A stretch of 64,000 bases of DNA from Thermofilaceae archaeon (GTDB lineage: Archaea > Thermoproteota > Thermoprotei > Thermofilales > Thermofilaceae), in contig JAWCCZ010000004.1 of assembly GCA_038861545.1 (NCBI GenBank), forward strand, positions 32,001 through 96,000. The letters are read 5' to 3'. Numbering within the stretch: the first letter of the stretch is position 1; every line of letters starts with the position of its first letter. This document shows positions 20,186 to 27,030 of the stretch, one piece after another. The notes below the pieces were generated by a model that saw nothing but the letters and a program-made list of their open reading frames with translations, was not told the DNA's origin and made no database searches. Position numbers and translations under genes: made by a program.

Positions 20186-20605
20186 ATGACCAGAAGAAGT
20201 GGTGGAGTGCCAGGAATCGTGACGGTGATCATAACTATTGCATCAATAGCGGCAGCGGCGCTTGTTGCGTACTTCATGTATACTACAACTAGAAGTGCGA
20301 CTAGCCAACCGATAATAGAGGTAACCTCTGCTTACGCGAGCGGCTCTAATCTGGCTCTAACTATCAGGAACCTTGGATCCGTAGACGTTACGATTACAGA
20401 TGCTTCAATAGTCATTAGGGATATCAGTTGTGTGGCACAAAATGCAAATAAACAACTAGCTAAAGGAAGTAGTATAGTAGTATCTGCTTCTTGTAGCTCA
20501 TTAGCTTTAAGTGATGGTGACAGTGGTTACGTCACGTTGTCCGGAACCACACAAAATAATTTAGCTTTCAGCATAACTATAGGCTTCAGAGTAGTTGTAC
20601 CTTAG
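20186..20605 (+). CDS. Archaeal type IV major pilin
   Basis: Class III signal MTRRSGG|VPGIVTVIITIASIAAAALVAYF; LTIRNLGS motif; S/T-rich globular domain. Confidence 0.85.
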   Translation: MTRRSGGVPGIVTVIITIASIAAAALVAYFMYTTTRSATSQPIIEVTSAYASGSNLALTIRNLGSVDVTITDASIVIRDISCVAQNANKQLAKGSSIVVSASCSSLALSDGDSGYVTLSGTTQNNLAFSITIGFRVVVP

Positions 20606-20654
20606 CGTTGATTTAGCGTAATAAATTAATATAAGTAATTTCTTTTTTACCATA

Positions 20655-21872
20655 ATGAAATTAAATAAATGGATCCGATCCGAAGTTGATGCTATACCTT
20701 TAGCTCTTATAATGCTTTCTTCACCTCAACTACCTTTAACCACCTTAAGGGAGTTGAAAAAAGTTGGCTTTGATTACTTACCCGATCCTGAGGAACTCAT
20801 ATCCGGTTACGCTAAACTAAACTGGCTATCCGAGAGAATGAAGAAAATTCTAGATGGCGCTATTAAAGCTCAGCTTTCCGGTAATCGTAACTCTTTAGAG
20901 GAAAAACTAAAGGATATACTAGCTGAGCTTTCAACAACTCTTGAAACAACCGATCATAACATCTCTAACCTTTACAGCCTTGTTTCAACGTTTACGAGTA
21001 CAGTCCCAGTAACTATAGTAGCAACGCAAGCTCTGCTCGGTGGAGGTGGAACCGCAACTGCTCTAAGTATGGCATTCATTGGTTTAATTATTGCTATGCT
21101 AGTTGGCTTCTGGGCTTTCCCCTGGGAGTTCGGTATATCTACACCTAAGCTGCAGACTTACGCGTTGCTACTACTGATCATGCCTTCTTACCTTCTTTTT
21201 AACTGTTTCAGCATACCCAATCCCTTTCTGCTTTCTCTTGCACTTGGATCCGCGCCTAGCGCTGCTTTCCACCTGCACCACACATTAAGTGAACTCAAAA
21301 AAATGGATAAATCTAGGGAATTGATCCGCGTGGCGGCACGAGCTATAGGCAATCCTTACTTAGCACTCGCTAGAGAGAAACTTTTAAAGGATCCGGAAGA
21401 GCTGTTGAATCAGGAGTGGAAAGGCTTCAGCAAAGCTGCTACGCTGGGCCTATGGCAGGTTCTCTTGCATGGTGGTTACGAGAACCTGCAGAAGTTGGAT
21501 GATTATGTTTCTAAAGTACTAGAGTTCACTAAACGGCTACGCTCAAAGACTAGAATCTTCCTAGTGTATGCGATTATTGAAGCCGCGATAGTAGCAGCGA
21601 TTTACGCGGTGATCCTCGGCATTGAACCGCTGTTTACGGAAGGGGGAGAATGGATGATTAAAGCTGGGATCAGTATATTGGGTTTAAGAGAACTAAGAGA
21701 AAATATTGACCAGATACTTTCTCTAAATGCACTTACATTAGCGGTAGCCACTGCGAGTGCCCGCGAGGGAAGACCCCATTTGCTTACCATGTACCTCCCT
21801 CTAATCGCCGGTATTGTGTGGTTTTTCTGGCTTATCTCCTCTACGCTTACGCCATTGCTAGTGGGTGGTTAG
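20655..21872 (+). CDS. Type IV pilus platform protein (TadC/ArlJ-like, T2SS F domain)
   Basis: Two cytoplasmic helical domains each followed by TM bundles; directly behind the pilin. Confidence 0.7.
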   Translation: MKLNKWIRSEVDAIPLALIMLSSPQLPLTTLRELKKVGFDYLPDPEELISGYAKLNWLSERMKKILDGAIKAQLSGNRNSLEEKLKDILAELSTTLETTDHNISNLYSLVSTFTSTVPVTIVATQALLGGGGTATALSMAFIGLIIAMLVGFWAFPWEFGISTPKLQTYALLLLIMPSYLLFNCFSIPNPFLLSLALGSAPSAAFHLHHTLSELKKMDKSRELIRVAARAIGNPYLALAREKLLKDPEELLNQEWKGFSKAATLGLWQVLLHGGYENLQKLDDYVSKVLEFTKRLRSKTRIFLVYAIIEAAIVAAIYAVILGIEPLFTEGGEWMIKAGISILGLRELRENIDQILSLNALTLAVATASAREGRPHLLTMYLPLIAGIVWFFWLISSTLTPLLVGG

Positions 21873-22235
21873 GTGAAAGTTGATGCCGTTGTAACAATTT
21901 TCACAGCTGTATTAGCAGTAACGTTAATTCTAACTGCTTATTCTAAATACAATTCACTACAAGTTGAGGCCTACAACTGTTATGGAATAGCTCAATATAT
22001 AGCTAAGCATATTGCAAGAAAACTGGTTGAAGGAGAATCTCTTAATCTTGCTTCTTTGAAGGGGTGGGAAGTCTACATTTACTATTCCAACGGTACTGTA
22101 TGCCACTACGCGCTTAACATAATCCTGTGTGAACATGTAAATAACTTTAAACCTCAAAGCAAGTATAGGTGTTACACGTACTTCCTCGCTAGCGATAACT
22201 CTCCACAGCCCGTACTAGTAGAGGTGAGGGGATGA
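21873..22235 (+). CDS. Pilin-like protein, N-terminal TM
   Basis: MKVDAVVTIFTAVLAVTLIL N-terminus; abuts the TadC-like stop; C-terminal CYTYF..VLVEV similar to the 10710-11039 protein ending. Confidence 0.6.
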   Translation: MKVDAVVTIFTAVLAVTLILTAYSKYNSLQVEAYNCYGIAQYIAKHIARKLVEGESLNLASLKGWEVYIYYSNGTVCHYALNIILCEHVNNFKPQSKYRCYTYFLASDNSPQPVLVEVRG

Positions 22236-22248
22236 ATGTACCCAGATT

Positions 22249-22284
22249 TGGGTCTTTAGACCCATTAATGGGTCTAAAGACCCA
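22249..22284. repeat. Perfect 36-bp palindrome made of two 16-bp palindromic units (putative parS-like centromere/operator)
   Basis: TGGGTCTTTAGACCCA-TTAA-TGGGTCTAAAGACCCA equals its own reverse complement; extra half-site ACCCA at 22240-22244. Confidence 0.92.
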
Positions 22285-22330
22285 GCATTGATGCAAACCT
22301 TCATAAGCAAGTATAGGAAAAAGAGGGGAA

Positions 22331-22663
22331 ATGAGCGAGTGTGATCCAAGCTTAATTACACGTTCACTGCTTGAAGAGGGAATGTACCAGCACATTGCAG
22401 TTCTGGTTCTTCTTTATAGGGAGAAAAATAAAAATAAAGATGAAATCATGATGAGTGACCTAAGGTATTTGCTTGGGAGTGGAAAATATCTTGCAAGCAA
22501 TAGGTATGCCGAATCAATAGTTAAAGATTTAAAAAATTTAGGTTTATTAAACGAAAAAAAAGTTAAAAAATTTAGATTTTTAAGTTTGACAAGATGTGGT
22601 GAGGAGGTTTCTAAACTATTAAATAATTTGATAGAGGATGTTGAACGATCTTCAAACCCTTAA
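22331..22663 (+). CDS. Winged helix-turn-helix DNA-binding protein (AspA/PadR/MarR-like)
   Basis: IVKDLKNLGLLNEKKVKKFRFLSLTRCGEEV wing motif; directly upstream of ParB. Confidence 0.75.
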   Translation: MSECDPSLITRSLLEEGMYQHIAVLVLLYREKNKNKDEIMMSDLRYLLGSGKYLASNRYAESIVKDLKNLGLLNEKKVKKFRFLSLTRCGEEVSKLLNNLIEDVERSSNP

Positions 22664-22687
22664 GGGGAAAGTTTTAATAAGTTCGTT

Positions 22688-23608
22688 ATGTATTTAATAC
22701 TCATGGAACAGGTAACCTTTATACCTTTAGATAAGTTAGTGCCTTCATCAGTTAACGTGCGAGTATATGTTGACCAGCTAAGGGTCCGTGATTTAGCAGA
22801 GAATATCTCGGTAAATGGACTCCTCCACCCTTTGGTAGTGAGGCCAGAGGGGAAAGTTTACGGGATAATCTGCGGGCGGATGAGGTTCGAGGCAATAAAG
22901 TTGCTGCATGAAGAAAGCCCTGAAATCTTTACGAAACTATTCTCAAACGGGGTTCCATGTTTTGTTAAAGAGCTTTCTGATAGAGAAGCTGTCGAATTAT
23001 CTCTCAGTGAAAACCTGCGTCAGAACAATCTAACACCTGAGGAAGTTGGTAGAGCAGTAGCCAGACTTTACGAGCAAGGGCTTGAGGAGGAAGATATTAG
23101 AAGGAGAGTGCAGCTACCTTTAGAGGATATTAAGAGATTTGTGAGGCTCTATGCGAGGCTTCGAGAAATTACGCCATTCACTGCAGAATCGAGGCCCGGT
23201 AGACCTTCACCGAGGAGACGTAGGGTAAGCAGAACCGGTATGGAGAAAGTTGTCCGTGTAGTGGAAAACCTGGAAAGACAAGGATTGGTGGAGAAGCCGG
23301 AGGAGGTTACCAGGAAACTTGCTGAAATAGCTTCTGAAAAAAAGCTGAGTACAAGTGAACTTGAGATACTGGCGCATAAGCTGCGCGAAAAGCCAGAGCT
23401 AGTGAGAAAACCGGAAGAACTGAGCAGATTAGCGGACGAGATAGCTGGTGAAGAGATGGTTGAGCGAATAGTATTGCTGAGGAGAAAGGTGATAGACGAT
23501 GTTAGCGAGTATGCAAAACTTAAAGGATTAACTTTCAACGAAGCGGTTAACGAGCTTCTCGAACGCGCTTTATCCCGAATACGCCATGAGCAGTTTAGCG
23601 TTCACTAA
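22688..23608 (+). CDS. parB: ParB/RepB/Spo0J family protein with C-terminal RHH-like domain
   Basis: NVR, GLLHPLVVRP, GRMRFEA (GxxRxxA), SENLRQNNLTPEE; C-terminal strand-helix-helix pattern. Confidence 0.85.
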   Translation: MYLILMEQVTFIPLDKLVPSSVNVRVYVDQLRVRDLAENISVNGLLHPLVVRPEGKVYGIICGRMRFEAIKLLHEESPEIFTKLFSNGVPCFVKELSDREAVELSLSENLRQNNLTPEEVGRAVARLYEQGLEEEDIRRRVQLPLEDIKRFVRLYARLREITPFTAESRPGRPSPRRRRVSRTGMEKVVRVVENLERQGLVEKPEEVTRKLAEIASEKKLSTSELEILAHKLREKPELVRKPEELSRLADEIAGEEMVERIVLLRRKVIDDVSEYAKLKGLTFNEAVNELLERALSRIRHEQFSVH

Positions 23609-23613
23609 ACTGC

Positions 23614-24450
23614 GTGGTTTTCTTGGCCAAAGGTGTCGAGTTTCTATTAGAATTGCTAGACAATGGAAGGCAGCTCACAATAATAGGATTACCGGGAGCC
23701 GAGCGAGCTGCTTTCTTATCTTCGATTATTCAAGCAGCATTTAGCGGTAAGTATGACATATTAGTGCTTGACTGGTACGGCAACCTTGCTGGATTAAACC
23801 TCCCCTCAGCAGGCTTCGCTCTACCCTACACCGCTATCCGCCCATACATCCATCGTGCTCTTTCAACGCCACCAGATCTGCGATCAAGCTCTGCAACTTT
23901 GGAGGCTGTAATAACTGAATGCGTCTCTGAAGCGACAAATTTGCAGCAAGCACTTTCAAGCCTATTAACTAAAAGTAGTGTAAACCCTGCGTCAAAGCTT
24001 GCATATTTAAGATTCCAGAGCATTTTGGCATACATTTCAGATATTGAAAACATGCAAACACATGCTTACGTTGATCTATCAAAAATACCTATTTTGGTTA
24101 GAGGCGTGATGCTACAGCTGTGGATAGCCTTCGCTCATCACCTTCTCTTAAGCAACCGACCGCTTAAGAAACAACTACTCGTGGTTGAGGAGGTGGGACG
24201 GGCACTTAGAAAAAGTGTATGGGTATGGGACTTAATCGATGAGATGACAGTGCGTGGAGTACGTTTAATATTAACTGACCAATACGTCAGAAGATCGTAC
24301 CTTAACTCTGTACTGGTGATTGTAAACATGAGCAACGAGACCCTTTACTCTACTATGCGATTTAGGATCCAGCTACCCATGATACCTAAGAGAACTGGTG
24401 AAGCAGTAGTAGTCGATGGAGCGGAACATTACACCGTACACTTCAGTTAG
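23614..24450 (+). CDS. Degenerate (probably inactive) HerA/VirB4-like P-loop protein
   Basis: TIIGLPGAERAA in place of Walker A, VLDWYG, LLVVEEVG, RGVRLILTDQ, GEAVVV. Confidence 0.65.
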   Translation: MVFLAKGVEFLLELLDNGRQLTIIGLPGAERAAFLSSIIQAAFSGKYDILVLDWYGNLAGLNLPSAGFALPYTAIRPYIHRALSTPPDLRSSSATLEAVITECVSEATNLQQALSSLLTKSSVNPASKLAYLRFQSILAYISDIENMQTHAYVDLSKIPILVRGVMLQLWIAFAHHLLLSNRPLKKQLLVVEEVGRALRKSVWVWDLIDEMTVRGVRLILTDQYVRRSYLNSVLVIVNMSNETLYSTMRFRIQLPMIPKRTGEAVVVDGAEHYTVHFS

Positions 24451-24459
24451 CAAATTATA

Positions 24460-24535
24460 TGGCGGGCCCGCCGGGATTCGAACCCGGGATCTCCGGCTTA
24501 GGAGGCCGACGCCTTTCCAGCTAGGCCACGGGCCC
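24460..24535 (-). tRNA. tRNA-Arg (anticodon CCT), CCA encoded, no intron
   Basis: GGGCCCGTGGCCTAGCTGGAAAGGCGTCGGCCTCCTAAGCCGGAGATCCCGGGTTCGAATCCCGGCGGGCCCGCCA cloverleaf. Confidence 0.98.
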
Positions 24536-24538
24536 ACT

Positions 24539-24587
24539 ACCCTCAGTTAATGATGCGGCAAAGCACCGCACCGATCTTCATAGGGTC
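24539..24587 (-). ncRNA. K-turn / C/D-like small RNA immediately upstream of tRNA-Arg
   Basis: ACCC-TATGAAGA...CTGA-GGGT terminal K-turn, internal hairpin GGTGCGGT/GCCGCATC; CTTAAAA TATA ~23 nt upstream. Confidence 0.55.
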
Positions 24588-24666
24588 AAACCTTTAGATA
24601 AGAGAGAGTTTTAAGCGTTACCTTAGCGTAACTCATTTTTGAGTAGAACTTCCAAGGCATGCTAGT

Positions 24667-26892
24667 ATGAGGGGGAAGTTTATCGTAACCCTTGTGGTGC
24701 TTATTACTGTAGTAGCAGGTTTCATATACATCTACTTGCCAAGAACTTCTGAGGTAGCGAGGATGAAACCATTTATCAAGGTTACTGGTATAAGCAAGGA
24801 AAGAGTAGAGGTTTTCTCCCCGGTAGAGTTAGACTTTAACGTCACAGCCGATTACGAAAATCCTTTTGACCCAAACGAGGTTAACATTTCAGTTTTTTTG
24901 AATTTACCTAACGGCGAGGTTGTCGAAATCCCAGCCTTTTACTACCAAGAGTACCATAGATCCCTATCCAGTTACGGTGAGAGACTTGACCCTGTGGGCA
25001 GACCTTGCTGGAAAGCACGGTTCACTCCCACAGTGCCCGGGTATTATACACTTTACGCTCAAGTTCGGGATAAATGGGGGAACACTGCGAGAAGCGAAAC
25101 CTACCGCTTTGAAGCAGTTCCATCGCAACTACCAGGTTTCGTGAGAATTAGCTCCGAGAACCCTTTAACCCTAGAGTTCGATAACGGCTCTTCGGTGTTT
25201 TTCGTAGGTTTAAATGTATGCTGGAGTGGGAGTAAGGGGACTTATGATTACGATGAATGGTTTTCAGCTTTAGCTAAATCTGGAGTAAATATTGTCAGGA
25301 TCTGGATGGCTCCTTGGCGTTTTGGTATTGAATGGAGGGAATTGGGTAGATATGATTTGGCTGAAGCTTGGAGATTAGATTACGTTGTTAAGCTAGCGGA
25401 ACGTTACAATATATATATTATATTTTGTCTGATAAATCATGGACAATTTTCCACTACTACGAATCCTCAGTGGGACGATAACCCCTATAATGTAAGGCGG
25501 AAAGGGCCTCTATCTAAACCGGAGGAATTTTGGATAAATGAGGAAGCTATTGAGCTTTTTAAGAAAAGGTTAAGGTATATAATAGCCAGATGGGGGTACT
25601 CGCCGAATATCCTTGCCTGGGAACTCTGGAACGAGGTAGATCTTACCGATAATTACATGAACATGAGAGAAAGGGTAGCACAATGGCATAAAGAGATAGC
25701 AAAACACTTGAAAAGCATAGATCCCTACAAGCGCATAGTGACGACGAGCTTTGCCAACCCGAATCTTGATCCCCTTATCTGGCGGCTTGAAGAAATAGAC
25801 TTAGTTACAATACATAAATACGGTCCTGAGGGTTTCCGCAACATAGCGGATAATTCCTATGAGCTGATACGCAAAGCTAGAGAGGAATACGGTAAACCGG
25901 TAATACTGGCAGAATTCGGTGTAGACTGGAGGTGGGAAGGGGAACCTTACTACTATAAGGATAGAGAGGGCGTTGGGCTTCATGACGGCTTATGGGCTAC
26001 TCTCATGGCAGGTTCACCAAGCACTGGGATGTCATGGTGGTGGGACAATTACATCCACCCTTATGGTTTGCATCACCACTTTAAGGCTATATCAGAGTTC
26101 ATCAAAAATATCGATCCAAGGAAGTTCAGGTACCTAGAATCGGAACCTATTGCGAAGGAGGGGGGAGAATTATGCGACGTTGTATTATACCCCTCTCTCG
26201 GCTGGGCGAGGCCTCAGTCCAACTACTTCGTAGTGCAATTAAACGGAAGAGTTGAGGGGGATTTAACTCAGCTAAGCTCATTTATTCATGGTATGTGGCA
26301 CTCGGAGCTTAGAAACAACCCTCGTTTTAAAGTTACCTTCCCCGAGGGGGGACGAGTAGTGGTTCGAATTAATTCCGTACCAACCGGTGGGGCTATAGCT
26401 GCAGTTTATGTTGATGGAAAGCTTGCAAAAAGATTAGATTTACCGGATAAGGATGGGAAAAACGACGCATCTGCAAATGAGTATGGAACTGAGTTGAAGG
26501 TTGATGTTCCGCCCGGAATCCATGAAATCTTTCTAGACAACCTTGGAGCCGACTGGTTCAGCATTGATTACATTAATTTCGAGAAATCTGCATATAAGCA
26601 AGCTACTGCTCGCACTTACGGATTAACTAATGGGACCTTCGCTCTACTTTGGGTTAAAAACCCAGAGTATAACTGGTGGAAAATCGTAAATAACGAAGAG
26701 ATTGAGCCATTAAAAGACGTTACAGTGGTTCTTCATGGATTTGAAGACGGTGATTATGTGGTGGAGTACTGGAACACTTACAACTGTACAATAGTAAATG
26801 TTGAAAAACTTTCAGTGTCAGGTGGCGAGCTTATAGTCCACATAGGCGATTTAATCAATGATATCGCCTTAAAGATCAAGAGGGCAAGCTAG
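24667..26892 (+). CDS. Membrane-anchored glycoside hydrolase (DUF5060 + GH5/clan GH-A catalytic domain + CBM-like insert)
   Basis: N-terminal TM; NPFDP, WKARFTP..PG (DUF5060); RYIIARWG, WELWNE acid/base, ILAEFG nucleophile, WWWD. Confidence 0.85.
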   Translation: MRGKFIVTLVVLITVVAGFIYIYLPRTSEVARMKPFIKVTGISKERVEVFSPVELDFNVTADYENPFDPNEVNISVFLNLPNGEVVEIPAFYYQEYHRSLSSYGERLDPVGRPCWKARFTPTVPGYYTLYAQVRDKWGNTARSETYRFEAVPSQLPGFVRISSENPLTLEFDNGSSVFFVGLNVCWSGSKGTYDYDEWFSALAKSGVNIVRIWMAPWRFGIEWRELGRYDLAEAWRLDYVVKLAERYNIYIIFCLINHGQFSTTTNPQWDDNPYNVRRKGPLSKPEEFWINEEAIELFKKRLRYIIARWGYSPNILAWELWNEVDLTDNYMNMRERVAQWHKEIAKHLKSIDPYKRIVTTSFANPNLDPLIWRLEEIDLVTIHKYGPEGFRNIADNSYELIRKAREEYGKPVILAEFGVDWRWEGEPYYYKDREGVGLHDGLWATLMAGSPSTGMSWWWDNYIHPYGLHHHFKAISEFIKNIDPRKFRYLESEPIAKEGGELCDVVLYPSLGWARPQSNYFVVQLNGRVEGDLTQLSSFIHGMWHSELRNNPRFKVTFPEGGRVVVRINSVPTGGAIAAVYVDGKLAKRLDLPDKDGKNDASANEYGTELKVDVPPGIHEIFLDNLGADWFSIDYINFEKSAYKQATARTYGLTNGTFALLWVKNPEYNWWKIVNNEEIEPLKDVTVVLHGFEDGDYVVEYWNTYNCTIVNVEKLSVSGGELIVHIGDLINDIALKIKRAS

Positions 26893-27030
26893 ATATCTTC
26901 AGTGGTTTAAAGCTTAGTTGTAATACTTTACGTAATAAATGAACTAGTAAGCTGAGGGATTTTAGCGACATTCCTGAAAATCTATCCTGATAACCCATAA
27001 GCTCTTAATATATGAGTAGATACAATACCT

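Noticed and set aside
22232-22291. 19-codon ORF MNVPRFGSLDPLMGLKTQH overlapping the previous stop
   Set aside because: Lies almost entirely over the palindrome; no coding evidence
2344-24450. Calling the locus an active integrative conjugative element or provirus
   Set aside because: No integrase, relaxase, Rep/primase, capsid gene or direct repeats found; tRNA adjacency alone is insufficient
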